Positions 24,265 to 38,954 of a stretch of DNA of 64,000 nucleotides are shown here, in pieces. Where the stretch lies: assembly GCA_951406725.2 (NCBI GenBank), contig OX597821.1, forward strand, positions 23,312,001 to 23,376,000. Reading direction: 5' to 3'. This stretch comes from Octopus vulgaris (taxonomy: Eukaryota). The notes beneath the pieces were generated by a model. The model was not told the origin of the DNA. It saw only the letters and a program-made list of their open reading frames with translations, and searched no databases. The position numbers and the translations under genes are program-made. How positions within the stretch are numbered: position 1 is the first letter of the stretch; every line of letters starts with the position of its first letter.

Positions 24265-24755
24265 ATCGGCATTTTGAAAATCCGCCCTCCCCACTTTCCC
24301 CCCTCCCTAACTTCTTCAATTTTAACTTTTTTCGCAACACTAACCCGAAAACCCTAGCCCTAACCCTAAAACCCTAACCCTAACACTAACACTAACCCTA
24401 AAACCGTAACCCTAAGTACAGAAATGTTTTGAAATTTTTGTCCGAATCTTAATGTCCGTATTTTTCCGCATATTTTAAAAAGAAAAAAATTCTTTAAAGA
24501 CGATTTTCAAAGACTTTTGAAAACTTTTTTTCAGAATCATAATCTCCGTATTTTTCCGCATATTTTGAGAGAAAAAAATTCTGAAAAAATTAAAAATGAA
24601 GGAAATGGGGGTGGGGGTGGGTAATTTAGAAACGTCGATTTTTGTCAACTTTTTTGCAGATTCGTATTCTCCGTAGCCACAAGGGGGGGGGAACGTTTTT
24701 AAAAAGGGAGGACTTTTGGTGGGGGACGGGCGGAAGTCTTGCCCAAAATCCCCAG
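24265..24755. repeat. Interspersed repeat with degenerate (CCCTAA)n at 24340-24415; related pieces at 46860-47095 and 48025-48246
   Basis: Shared CAGAATCATAATCTCCGTATTTT and TGCAGATTCG/ACTCGGAATCTCCG motifs. Confidence 0.6.
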
Positions 24756-25570
24756 TTTACTATTTTGCTTGTATGGACCCTCAAAGTTTTATATGATTAA
24801 ACAGTTGTTATTCGTCAGATGTCTGTTACCCGCCCAAACCTTATTTTTTGACACCCGTGTTTTTACTTTGTTTCAGTAGATTTAAGTAGTTATTCAATTC
24901 AACCCTTTAACGAAATCGATTGGACCCCGAAGATTGTATTCAAATTGCTCTGGCATCAAAATGCCCCAATTTTGATGTAATTGTAAAAGAAATTAAACAT
25001 CATTTCTCCAGAACCTGAAGTGGAAAAGTTTCTAGAAAAATCCTTTTGATTCATAATGAGGATATTCATTTATTTTATCGCATTTGTTTTATGCTTTTTT
25101 ATATTCATAATTGTCTTCTCCCTAAAAATAGATTTTATAAACCTTTTCAATTCAAAGAATCTATGATTTTTTTTCCTTTCAAATCAAGGGGGTAACGTCG
25201 GTGTAAATAAATATATTTTGGGTAAAGTGGTTAAAAAAAAATTCCCCAACCCCTGATCTAAATACACTTGGAACATCAATTGCTGGGCTCTAGACAACCA
25301 TAATGGTGAAACGCACGTAGGGACTATAATATGTAAAGTGTGTTTATCCTTATTTCTCATATATATATCTTTCATCTTTTATCTATTACTCGTTTCCGTC
25401 TTTAGACTGCGGCCATGCTGGAGCACCGCCTTGAAGAAGTTTTTAGTCGAATGAATCGGCCCAAATATTTATCCTTTTTAAAGCTTAGTACTTACTCTAT
25501 CGGTCTCTTTTAAGTTACGGTGACGTAAACATACCAACATCGGTCGTCAAACTGTGATGGGTGCCAAACA

Positions 25571-25621
<51 letters not shown>

Positions 25622-25752
25622 TACAGTTTCTGTCTACCAAAACCTGTGACAAGGTCGGCCAGAAGCTATAAGGTGCTGCACATTGGACTGTGCCTGGAAC
25701 CATGCGGTTGGGAAGTAAGGTTCTTACCATACCGCCTCTCACCTTACGACTC

Positions 25753-26000
<248 letters not shown>

Positions 26001-26021
26001 ATATGTATATACACCCAGACC

Positions 26022-26500
26022 CATGCCAATAGCTTAGGAGCAAAATTTAGGATTTCTCGGTTTTCTGTGAAACGATTTTGATAAAACTTTTCGCAGCTGG
26101 TTTGCACACTATCGCAACACAATTGTTATGTTTTCATTATTTTGTGTAATTTCCATTCTTTTGAACGTGTTTTCAAGGGAGATAATCATAGAACGTAACT
26201 AATACTTCATGTAAAATGAAAAATCCTTCAAGAATCCATAAAAATTCCTGTTTCTTGTGTCATTACCAACTTTTCCTGCGAGTTTCATCAAATACCGTTC
26301 ACAACTTTTTGAGTTATTTTGCACACAGACGGACTGACAGACGGACAAACCAACGCCGATGAAAACATAACCTCCTTCCTTGGCGGAGGTAACAATGGTG
26401 TTGCGATGGTGTGCAAACCAGCTGGGAAATGTTTCATCAAAATCGATTCACAGAAAACGGAGAAATCATAAATTTCACACGTAAGCTTTTAGCGTGGCAC
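26022..26500. mobile_element. Palindromic MITE-like element with ~105-bp inverted arms and a central Helentron/DINE-like insert
   Basis: 26024-26128 is inverted at 26390-26498. The centre ends in (GACA)n...GAAAACATAACCTCCTTCCTTGGCGGAGGTAA. Confidence 0.65.
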
Positions 26501-26501
26501 A

Positions 26502-26546
<45 letters not shown>

Positions 26547-26799
26547 GAGAAAAAACAAATACATACACATAGAGGCAGACAGACATTAGGGCCCTGGGAT
26601 AAGTAACACACTGCCTAAGTACCAATCCTGAGAAATTAGGCTTCTCAAAATCAGAAAGGAGAAATATAATTCGAAGACTACAGATCCAATCCATCACTAG
26701 AACTGTAAAAATCTGTAAAACTTTCCAGAAGTTTACCATTTAAACATATATTAGCATATCTAGATATGAAACTACATCCATGAGAAGACATACATAAAA

Positions 26800-26949
26800 C
26801 ATACAAATCTGCACATATACATACATACATATGTACATACATACATACATACATACATACATACATACTTACATACATGCATGCATACATAGGTACATAC
26901 ATACATACATACATACATATGTACATACATACATACATACATACATACA

Positions 26950-26980
<31 letters not shown>

Positions 26981-26981
26981 G

Positions 26982-27012
<31 letters not shown>

Positions 27013-27021
27013 GTACATACA

Positions 27022-27052
<31 letters not shown>

Positions 27053-27073
27053 GTACATACATACATACATACA

Positions 27074-27104
<31 letters not shown>

Positions 27105-27649
27105 GTACATACATACATACATACATATGTACATACATACGTACGTACATGCATGCATGCGTGCATGTATACATACATACATACATACATACATGCATGC
27201 ATGCATGCATACATACATACATACATACATACATACATACATACATACATACATACATACATACATGCATACATGCATGCATACATATATACACACACAA
27301 ATACATACATACAAAAATACCCTGTTGTTGATGTTGAAATTCCAATGAAGGAGCCTTAGATCTAGGTTAGAAACCGGCTCTTTCTCTATTGGCAAGAAAT
27401 CTTGAAATAAACTGAATAATAATACACACACACTCACATACATACATACATACATACATACATACACACACACACAAATACATACATACATACATACATA
27501 CATACATACATACATACACACAAATACATACATACATACATACATACACACACATACGTACGTACATACACACACATTCATATATATACATACATACACA
27601 CAGAGACATGCATGCATACATGCAGTACATACATACATACATACATACA

Positions 27650-27680
<31 letters not shown>
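26800..27680. repeat. Compound (TACA)n microsatellite; representative of dozens of TA, CA, TACA, TAGA, AAT and AAG tracts in the window
   Basis: Directly visible. Other large tracts at 10690-11100, 14075-14420, 25758-25990, 28540-28780 and 36420-37460. Confidence 0.97.
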
Positions 27681-27681
<1 letters not shown>

Positions 27682-27773
27682 CACCTTTGCGCATGCTCGT
27701 CTGACTGCCTGAAAGAAATTACATAGAAAAATCCCTGGAATCACACATTAGTGACTTAAATGAGGAAAGGACA

Positions 27774-28173
27774 TCTTTATATATATAAAAGAGAGGTTGT
27801 GTGCTGTCTGTCTCCTACGATTTAGATTCCTAACTACTCCCACATTTTGCGGTGCAGTTTAACCAAAACCGGGTATCTTATAGTCGTGATTCATATCGAG
27901 CCCTTCTGGGTATTAGCGCGCGTCTACGATGAGTCTACGATTAAAAAAAAATTTACCATAATTTTTTTCCATTTTAATGCATTTTTTCGCTATTATATAA
28001 GGGAAGTAACTCTCTAAAAATGTCTACGATGAGTCTACGATTTAAAAAAAATTTACCATATTTTTTTTTCCATTTTTAATGCATTTTTTGCTTATTTTTG
28101 GCTATAACTCTCTAAAAATGCTTATATAGTTATTTCCCTTACAAACCCGAGCAACGCCGGGCGATACTGCTAG
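27774..28173 (+). mobile_element. Non-autonomous Helitron
   Basis: 5' TC, 3' hairpin CCCGAGCAACGCCGGG then CTAG; inserted between A and T with no TSD; near-identical copy at 42355-42752. Confidence 0.88.
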
Positions 28174-28616
28174 TATTGAATAAAGCAAACCTAGATAGCT
28201 GTAAGAACCGTTGAAACAAAGTTGACCGGGGGTTAAACAACAACGTTACTCTGTCTCGTATGACTGGGTTCGTAGGTACTCTACGATTACTTTCCTACAA
28301 ACATGCGTCTTATGTGTGTGTGTGTGTGTGTGTGTGTGTTATGTTTCTGCAGCAAAGCGTGATGAAGTAGAACACACACATGCACACGTAGACTCATACA
28401 CATACACATACGAGACAGAGGGGGGGGGGGAGATGGAGGTTAGAGAAGAGAACAAGTTAACGCAGATGGCGCCACTTATAAAGTTCAGCTGTAAAGCAAA
28501 CTGTCATAAAGTACTTTTGTGCACATAGACATTCTTAGACACACACACACGTGCGCACACACGCATGCACACACACACACACACGCAGACACACACACAC
28601 ACACGCATGCACACAC

Positions 28617-28655
<39 letters not shown>

Positions 28656-28918
28656 TGCACACACACACGCACACACGCACACACGCACACACACACACAC
28701 ACACACACATGCACACACACACACGCATGCACACACACACACACACACGCACTCACACGCGCGCGAGCACGCGCGTGAAATGCATACACGTGCAAGAAAT
28801 ACGGTCAGATAAACAGATGTACGTACACACAAACACGCAGATATATAAACAAACACATTTTTGCACACATATACACACAATTTATACGGGCGTTGAACCA
28901 GACAAAGTAAAAATACCA

Positions 28919-28953
<35 letters not shown>

Positions 28954-29009
28954 TCTCTATCCATCCATCCATCCATCCATCCATCCATGTCGTTATGTGT
29001 GTGAGTCAC

Positions 29010-29272
29010 TTTACACTTACACTTTACACTTTTACTTGTTTCAGTCATTTGACTGTGGCCATGCTGGAGCACTGCCTTTGGTCGAATAAATCGCCCTTAG
29101 TCGAGCAACTCGCTTTTAGTCGAGCAAATGAACCCCAGGACTTATTGTTTGTAAGCCTAGTACTTATTCTATCGGGTTCTTTTGCCGAACCGCTAAGTTA
29201 CGGGGACGTAAACACACAAGCGATGTTGGGGGGACAAACACAGACACACAAACATATACACACACATACATA

Positions 29273-29330
<58 letters not shown>

Positions 29331-29490
29331 CGACGGGCTTCTTTCAGTTTCCGTCTACCAAATCCACTCACAAGGCTTTGGTCGGCCCGAGGCTATAGTA
29401 GAAGACACTTGCCCAAGGTGCCACGCAGTGGGACTAAAAACCCGGAACTATGTGATTGGTAAGCAAGCTACTTACCACACAGCCACTCCT
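29010..29490 (-). mobile_element. SINE family A
   Basis: Same consensus, with a small internal tandem duplication (TTTAGTCGAGCAA). Confidence 0.88.
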
Positions 29491-30220
29491 ACATCTGTGT
29501 GTGTATATGTTTGTGTGCATAGATACAATATTGCGTGAAATGCGCCTAGAAATTCTTTTAGCAAATAAAATAATTTGCTAGCAAATTATTTATATATATA
29601 TATATTTTTTTCTCTTTCTCTGATTCTTTGGTCTAGTCTTCCACTACCCTCCTATTTCTTTGTCTCGCTCTGCACTCACAGGTCATTCTTCGACACCCAT
29701 CCTCTCCCTCTGATTCCTTCTTTCTCTCTTCCTCTTTGTTCGTTTGTCCCTCTCTCTCTCTCTCTCTCTCTCTTCCTTTGCTTCTCTTCTTTCTTCCTCT
29801 GTCACGTGACTAAATCTGCCTTTCAGCTTCTGACCCTCGTCTTGTTAACATCGCTGTTTTCGTCCGCCACTATAAAGGCTTTTCCATTGGCCAGAGAAAA
29901 ATTTGTTTGCTTGTTATCAGTCGAAGACACTGTTGTTTTCACCGTTAATGCTTCTGTATTTCATGTTTCTGATTCCATTATTGTTTTTGTTTTTTTATAT
30001 CTGTCCTTTTGTGTCCTGGTTTCGTGTGCATTCGATCCTTCTTCCAGGAAATCTACGCTCCAGCTTAGTTTTTCTAATGCTCGTTGGTTTTTCTTGGAAT
30101 CTATTAAGATTCAGCCGAAATTATATGATCCGGTTCTTGACTAAGACTGAGGTTTGATGTCCTGTCGTGTTTATTGTGTCGTCTTCTAAGAGTTATATTC
30201 TCATGTTGTATTTTTATACC

Positions 30221-30319
<99 letters not shown>

Positions 30320-30810
30320 TTATTTATAAATTACTACTCAGCCTTCATGGTTAGATAATAAGGAAGAAAGTACAAATCAGAACGTCGAATAAAATGAAGC
30401 GCTTAGAGGTAAGAAAGTGATTAATGTGATTAAGATTGCCCATTTCTGTACTTATGAACTATTTTTTTTAAGTGTCTTATCAACTGTTTCTTTGTTTCTT
30501 TGAAGGATCTAATGTTTTTTTTTTTATATTTGTTCTCTGTTTCCTTATTACTGTAATTTGTATTTTGATTATCATTGTATTTTGTCTGTCAATATATGTA
30601 TGCCTTTAGTTTTGTCTGTAAACTACGGAGATAATACATTGCTTTGGGTGTGCAATCTCATTCATACTAAGTGAAATTACTGTAGGATCTAACGAAGGAC
30701 TTGTTTAAACAGTCGCCGAAGAAGGCCGATTTTTGGATACATGATAATGATCACACATCTCACCAATGTACAGCGTGTGTGTGTGTGTGTGTGTGTGCAC
30801 TAAGTACGTA

Positions 30811-32047
30811 CGAGAGTGGGCTGAAAAGTTCATAGGCTGACTATGAAGTCGCGATGCTAGAGCTGTGAAATCTTACATACATTAATTTCAACCCTTCTTA
30901 TTAATAACTGTACTGTTTCTTTCCAGATAAACTAACATTTGACTGTTCAAAGGAGACTTCTAAAGTCACTAGCAGTAACTTCTTTTAAAAATGGACAATA
31001 TTTGGCATCGTAATGTTATCAAGTACCAGCAGAAAAGAAAAAAAGGCTTTATCCCCCAAGGACATTCATGGTGACATAGTTGCTACATTAGGGGATGAGA
31101 CTCCAGCTTTAACAACAGCGCAAAAGTGTGAACGGAAACTCATGAAGTTGACACAAGGTCTGGACGTCCTGCAACTGCCACCATCGAGGAAAACATGCAT
31201 CATGTTCACCATATGGTGATGGATGACAGGCAATTGACTATAAATCAAATAGCCAATGCTATTAGCATATCCTGTGTGAGAGTTGATAAACTTGACATGA
31301 CGAAGACTGTCATGTCTTCTGAAATCTGATTGTATCATGAGAAAATTTGGCATTGCTTGAGGCAGATGTAACTGCTTTCCTTGTCCTTGAGCATTTCCTT
31401 ATCCAAGATGAGTGTTGGTTTCATCACTTTGACCTAGAGACAAAGGGACAATCTATGCAATGGAAACACTCCTCCTCACCTGCTCCAAAGAAGACCAAAA
31501 TCATTTCATCTGCAGGGAAGGTGATTGCCTCTGTTTTTTGGATGCAAAAAGCATTGTGTTTATTCACTATCTTCAAAAAGGCCACACCGTCAATGGAGAG
31601 TACTATGCCAACATGCTGAGGCAGTTATGAAAGGCTACCAAGACCAAATGCCCAGAAAAACTGACGAAAAGTGTCTTGTTACATCAAAGCAATGCTCCAG
31701 CACAAGTCCTTGCTTTCAATGGCTGCTGTATGTGATTGTGGCTTTGGACTTCTGGATCACCCTCCTTGTTCTCCTGACTTTGCCCCATCTGACTCTCATC
31801 TGTTCCCCAACATGAAAAAGAACTTCACTGGGAACCTGTATCACAGCAGATATGACGTCATAACTGCTGTTGATGACTTTTATGACCAATAGGATGAAAG
31901 CTTCTTCACGAATAGGATCTAAGCTCTGCAGCACTGATGGAAGAAGTGTGTGGACCGCAAGGGGGTTTATGTCGAAAAATGAACCTCATTTGGTCACATT
32001 ACATGATAGTATCCATATCAGCCTATGTAATTTTCAACCGACCCTTG
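30811..32047 (+). mobile_element. mariner (DD34D) DNA transposon, decayed
   Basis: Imperfect TIRs CGAGAGTGGGCTGAAAA / TTTTCAACCGACCCTTG with TA at the left end. Transposase motifs QDECWFHHFD..TK.QSMQW, SAGKVIASVFW and HPPCSPDFAPSDSHLF. Confidence 0.92.
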
Positions 32048-32161
32048 TTTGTACAATACATACATACATACATACATACATACATACATACATACATACA
32101 TACATACATACATACATACATACATACATACATACATACATACATACATACATACATACAT

Positions 32162-34100
32162 AGCCAAACCACTCTTGCTAAAACTTACCGCTCAATAACG
32201 TGCCAGAACATCATGTACAAATTATACCTTGCGTGCCTCAATCTGTTCTTGCAGGGTCATTGTGCCACCAACAGCATTATAACACCTGAGCAAGCTGGAG
32301 AAAAGAAAGAGGTGTGGGACTGTATACAGCAGCTACTAATTAACAAAATGATCGAGGAAAAAAGCTGTAAAAAATCGCAGGAACTAACCGTAGTGTGGCT
32401 GGATTACCAGAAGACCTTTGATAATGTACCACATTAGTGGATTATCAAGGCTTTACAGTTAACCAAAGTTCCACAACCAGAAGAGAGTGCTAACGAACGC
32501 CTGACTAATATTTGGTCTTTGGGAATGGTAAAGAGCAAATTGAATTGGATAGCATTCACTTTCAAAAAGGTGTCTTTCAAGGTGACAGCCTATCTGTGTT
32601 GTTCTTCGTCCTCTCGTTAAACTCACTATCAAACCAGCTAACAAAACATTGTAGGGATAGAAATGGATCCAGATGTATCTCCCATCTTTTCTTAGTCGAC
32701 GACTTGAAACTGTACAGACCAAATATCAACAACATAAAAAAAGAATTGGACCTTATAACCAAGTTTTTATAGACATTTCGATGAAATTTGCTGAGTCCAA
32801 ATGTGCATTTTTAACCATAACGCGTAAAAAGGTTGCGCTCTCTTCTGAAGACCTAAAAATGAACAGTTTGACAATACAGCCTCTACGATCAGATAGCAAT
32901 TATAGGTATCTTAGACAAGATGAGAATGTCAGATATGATGGACCCATAAATAAGGAGAGGACCAGGAATGGAGAGTAAAAAGAATATGACATCAGAACTC
33001 TCATCTTACAACAAGCATGTTGCCCATGACACATTTGCAGTGCATATCCTCACACCTACTTTTGGCCTTCTAGATTAGTCACTATAAGAACTATAAGAAC
33101 ATTTTAGCATCAATGGAAATATAGACAGACTATAGTTCCCACGCGAGGATGGTGATCGTGGTTTCAAACCTGGATTGATGTCATATGAAGCACCTCTTGT
33201 GACACTGAAACAACATCTGCAGCAGAGGAAAGAGACCAGTAACTATGTCACCCAAGTTTGTGACCATGAAAATCAACAACATAAGTAGGATAGCTAATGA
33301 ACTTGAGAAGTATGAAATAAGAGCTGATACAGAAGAACAAAAGAAATGAGCCGGTTCAGTGAAAAAAACTCAAAACATGGAAAGGATTGATCGTATCAAA
33401 AGCTTGGCATGGAGTAGCGACAAATTTATAACATACCACTTCAAAAGCTAACTCCATGCAGTCCAAGAACCAAAGATCACCCTGTGTCAACAGCACAAAA
33501 TAAAGAAAATTTTGACAAACAACAAATGTAGGCTGTACAAGGTCAAGACGTCAACTGCACTAAGGCCAACTTCGAGAGAATGTCTTCTAGACATTATCTT
33601 CAAATGAGGCATTATGCGGTGGACCGAGCAGTCTGGAATAGGATAGCAAAAAAACAAAATACTTACAGACGAATTTGACCATATTGAGACTGATGGGTCA
33701 ACAGAATATTGATGGACCTTGAAAATGAAAACAACCGCCAAGTTAAAACACAACCGGCCAGATATTGTTGTGTGGGACAACAATGAAAAGATATGTTCTT
33801 TTGTGGCTAGAAAAGTACAAAAGAAAAAGGACATCTGTGAACCATTGATACTGAGTTTGCAAATCCGATATCCAAGGTGCACTTTTCGCACTATACCTTT
33901 TAGCAGTGGAGCAACAAGATACATTCCGACACATTTGGAACGAAGTATGGCTTAACTTGGGCTCTTGAGGAGAGAACGGAGATCCTTAATTCATACGCTA
34001 TAAACGATTGCGATATATGGGACTGTAAAGATCTTCAAAACCTACATAAAGGTTTAAAAGATGATGAACAAGACAAGATGCTTTCATTCACAACCTTACT
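32162..34100 (+). mobile_element. R4/Dong-clade non-LTR retrotransposon, 5'-truncated and decayed (RT plus restriction-like endonuclease)
   Basis: QLLINK, WLDYQKTFDNVPH, GVFQGDSLSVLFF, SHLFLVDDLKLY, YRYL, HNRPDIVVWD; many stops and frameshifts. Confidence 0.88.
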
Positions 34101-34250
34101 ACAAAGTAGATGGCAGGTCAAAATTTATTCTAAATTGAAAACAAAGAAAGAGCTGCACATACATACATAAGTGCGTTGTAACCACATGTGAATCGTTGGC
34201 GATTATTCTTCTTCCGTCTTCCTTTTCTATTGGACTTTCCTCTGTCTCCT

Positions 34251-34285
34251 GTTTCTGAACAAGAGATTTGCTCGAAACGTCAAAC
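34251..34285 (+). ncRNA. Minimal hammerhead motif (G8 mutated, CUGAACA)
   Basis: GUUU-CUGAACA-A-GAG(AUUUG)CUC-GAAA-CG-UC^AAAC; same repeat family as 22060. Confidence 0.65.
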
Positions 34286-34369
34286 CAGCTTTCTTTCCTC
34301 CCCTGAGCGTCTGCTAATAATTTACATATACCACGTCCACGCCTTGTTGCTTTTTGCGTTTGGTGTGTG

Positions 34370-34403
<34 letters not shown>

Positions 34404-34547
34404 TGTATGTATGTATGTATGTATGTATGTATGTATGTATGTATGTATGTATGTATGCATGTACGTATGTATGTACGTATGTATGTATGTATGTAAATAT
34501 ATATACATGCATATAAATGTATGTGTGTGTATATATATATGTGTATG

Positions 34548-34580
<33 letters not shown>

Positions 34581-34600
34581 TTTACACACACACACGCACA

Positions 34601-34660
<60 letters not shown>

Positions 34661-34661
34661 G

Positions 34662-34698
<37 letters not shown>

Positions 34699-35068
34699 AT
34701 GTGTGTGTATGTATATGTATATATATACGGGTATGTAGATGTCCTAAATGGCGTAATCTTTCATAGTTGCGCTTTTGAATGTGTTAATTCTTTCCGTTTC
34801 CTCGCCTACTGTTATTTCTCTATTATCGTGGTGCTTTACGGTGGTTTAATTAATACTTTAGCTCCTATCTCTAGCAGGTTGATGATTTTCAGCATCCTTA
34901 CGCTTCATGCTAATTTGTAATTTGTAGCTAAATAACGCTTTTTGCCTCCTGCGAACGACCTACGTTGCTACTGTTAATACCATCAAGTTTAAATTTTTCC
35001 ACAGATGATATTAACAATAGTGACATCTTCATCTCATTTCAAACCTTAGTGTTTGAATGTTTTGTTTA

Positions 35069-35145
<77 letters not shown>

Positions 35146-35421
35146 ATCAGATGTTGCTACAATTCGCTGGTCACAATGCGTGCATATTGTTTTAGCCTTC
35201 GAATGACGCCACCCCGCTGGCTAAGCGAGCAGGCCAACAGAAGAAAGAGTGAGAGAAAGTGTGGTGAAAGAGTACAGCAGGGATCGCCACCCCCTGCCGG
35301 AGCCTCGTGGAGCGTTTTAGGTGTTTTCGCTCAATAAAAACACACAACGCCCGGTCTGGGAATCGAAACCGCGATCCTACGACTGCGAGTCCGCTGCCCT
35401 AACCACTGGACCATTGCGCCT

Positions 35422-35476
<55 letters not shown>

Positions 35477-35544
35477 CATACATACATACATACATACATA
35501 CATACATACATACATACATACATACATACATACATACATTTTAT

Positions 35545-35966
35545 TTGATCAAATTAATCCTATGGTTGCGGAACTGTTTCTGGAGGGAAACACAATCTTT
35601 CAGGATGATAGTGCACCAATTCACACAGCTAAAGTTGTTACTGAATGGCACGAGAAACATTCTAGTAAAGTTGAACATCTTATCTGGTTACCACAGACCC
35701 CAGATCTCAATATTATTGAACATTTATGGTGCATTTTAGAAAAAACAAGTAAGGAGTCGATATTTTCCACCATCATCACTACAAGAACTGGAAACTGTTC
35801 CGGCTGAAGAAGGGACAAAAATTCCTTTGGAAACAATTTAAACTTTGTACGAATCCATACCTCGTAGGATTCAAGCTGTAATTACTGCCAAAGGCAGTCC
35901 TACTCCATATTAAAATAAATTTGTTTGAAATTTTAAGGTGTTTCCATTATTTTGTCCAACTCCTGT
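35545..35966 (+). mobile_element. Tc1-like (DD34E) transposon, 3' fragment
   Basis: FQDDSAPIHTAK...WLPQTPDLNIIEHLW; right TIR ...TTTTGTCCAACTCCTG followed by TA. Confidence 0.88.
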
Positions 35967-36181
35967 ATGTATGTATGTATATATATATATATATATATAT
36001 ATACGAAGGACTTCTTTCAGTTTCCGTCTACCAAATCCACTCACAAGGCTTTGGTTAGCCCGAAGCCATTGTACAAGACACTTGCCCAAAGTGCCACGCA
36101 GTGGGACTGAACCCGACACCATGTTGTTGGAAAGCAAACTTCTTACCACACAGCCAGCTCTGCGCAATATATATATATATA

Positions 36182-36214
<33 letters not shown>

Positions 36215-36816
36215 AAGTATGTATGTATGTTCACACACACACACACACCCATAGGTATTTTAGTAAGCAATCTAAGTAACCTTCGATCTGATTGAAAGCG
36301 GTGAAATGTTATATGAGAAACGCGATCGATATACTTCAATCAGACAAATTAATGACTAGTCTCTTCTACATATGATTCTCGGAACAACAGAAAACTGTGA
36401 TTAGTACTGAAGAAAATATTGTATGTTCGCCAATATTTTGCATATATATGCATAAGTTTACGATGTATGTTTGTATATAATTATATGTCCAAACACATGC
36501 ATACACATATCTATCTGTCTGCCTCTATATCTGTATGTCTGTCTGTCTGCCTGTTTGTCTTTCTGTCTCTGTGTGTATGTATGTATGTATGTATGTATGT
36601 ATGTATGTATGTATATACGTATGAATGTATCCATTTGTTTGTCTGTCTAACCTATACGAATATGTGTGCACGTTCTTACATACACACTCACATGTATGCA
36701 TGTATGTATGTATGTATGTATGTATGTATGTATGTATGTATATATGTGCCTATGTATGCACGTGCATATACATGCATATAACATGTAATAACACGCACCT
36801 GTACACACATATACAC

Positions 36817-36865
<49 letters not shown>

Positions 36866-38954
36866 TATATGTGTGTGTACATACACATATATATGTATAT
36901 ATATGCGTGTGTGTGTGTGTGTGTGTACGAATATGTATAAATTTATTTATGCATAAATATGTATATATATGAGCATAAGGGTATTAGCATTATATATATA
37001 TATACACATATATGTGGGCATAAATATATTAACATTATATATATGTGGGGTATGTATGTATGTATGTATGTATGTATGTATGTATGTATGTATGTATGTG
37101 TGTATGTATGTATGCACACGCACACACGTGCATATATACATCAACACATTATATATATACATCCGCGGGCGCGCACTCACACATGCACACATACACACTC
37201 ACACACACACATACACACACTCACACACAAAAAACGAACACACGCACGAACTCACTCACACGAGCACACACACACACACGAACATACGAATACACATACG
37301 CATGCATACACACACACATACACACACACACACCAACACACACAAAGCAATAATGCGAAATACAAGAGTGTTCAATACATAAGCACGCAAGCTTACTATA
37401 AATAAATATACCTACACATATAAAAAGATTTAGTGTGTGTGTGTGTGTGTGTATATGCGTGTATGTGTGTGTGTTTGTTTCGTGTGTGCATATGTCTCTA
37501 TACACCTGTTCTATATTTCAATGATCGTATATACCAATCTGAGTAATTGATTTATCACTAACCCAAAATGTCGATGAAGCAGTCTCAATTTCCGGTTGTG
37601 GTCGTCTTAATTTATTAACCCTGTGGAAAAGCCATGAACTTCACAACTTCCCAAATTTTCTACCTTTTCTAATTCCAAAGTACTTTATACTTAATATAGT
37701 GTGTGTTTGAGATTATATATATATGTGTGTGTGTATGTATGTATGTATGTATGTATGTATGTATGTATGTATGTATGTATGTATGTATGTATGTATGTAT
37801 GTATGTATGTATATATAAATATATATATATGTGTATGTGTATACACACATATATATATGCAAGTGTATGTATATAATTGTCTATATATATATATATATAT
37901 GTATGTATGATTATTTACTATATATATGGGAAATTTTGTCTGTGGAAATTTTGTCTGTGGAGTTGTTAGCTAACTCCTCCTACATAGTTTTATTGATTTT
38001 GATGAAACTTGACACGTGAGTAGAACTCATGTCTGGAAACCTCATGGCATACTCAGATTATTGAAAAAAAAAATCGATAATAGGGCCCCTGGAAGGGATC
38101 CTTATATACATCTAATATATTGCATTTCAACAGCGTGAAATGAAGTGTTTTGCTCAAAAGTACAACGCTCCACCCGGTCAACGAATCGAAAGTACGATGT
38201 AACAACCACGTCGTTCTAACGACTTAGATCACATATGTGTTGATCAAGGCTGTGCTGCTCCAGATGTTATTGTGTTTGTATGAAGTTGCGAGGCTCAGAG
38301 GTTAGGCTGTTTAGTTCATGACTGTAATGTCGTGAGTTCGATACCCTGTGGCGTGTTGTTGTTCTTGAGCAATGGGTTATATTTGACATTGCTTCAGTCC
38401 ATTCAGCTGGAAAAAATGATTAGTACCCGTGTTTCAAAAGACCAGCCTTATCACATTTTGTGTTGCACTGATTCGCCCTGAGAACTATGTTAATGGTACA
38501 CGTGTCTGTGGAGTTCTCGGCCACTTGATTAGTACCTGTATTTCAAAGGGCCAGCCTTGTCACATTCTGTGTCACACTGAATCTCCCTAAGAACTACATT
38601 GAAGGTACACGTGTCTATGAGGTGCTTGGCCATTTGCTCGTTGATTTCACTGTTTCGTTGATCGGATCAACAGAAGCACTCATCATCGTAACCGACGTAG
38701 TGCCAGTGTGGCTGTATTCCGGGCGTGTTGTAGATGTATATGGACTGTGTAGGAGATATAATACCGTTAGGATGTTTACTATGTCTCCGAAATGTAAAAT
38801 GCTATATTCCAGGTAAATTCCTTGAAAATGATGACTGCAGCAGAGTAGGAGGCGTAAGGCTTGCTTTCTGGCAACCCTTATCTCTTTCCCCGCTATTCTT
38901 CCCTTCTCGTTCTTTCCCTATTTTGTTTATCCCGACGTTGGGATGTATAAGAAT

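Noticed and set aside
26678-27744. Long ORFs (up to 300 aa) of YVCM, HTYI, YI or CV repeats here and throughout the window
   Set aside because: They are translations of TACA, TA and CA microsatellites with no stop in some frames; no coding signal.
29575-30144. 189-aa hydrophobic ORF as a membrane protein
   Set aside because: Low-complexity pyrimidine-rich sequence bounded by TA tracts; more likely a repeat remnant.
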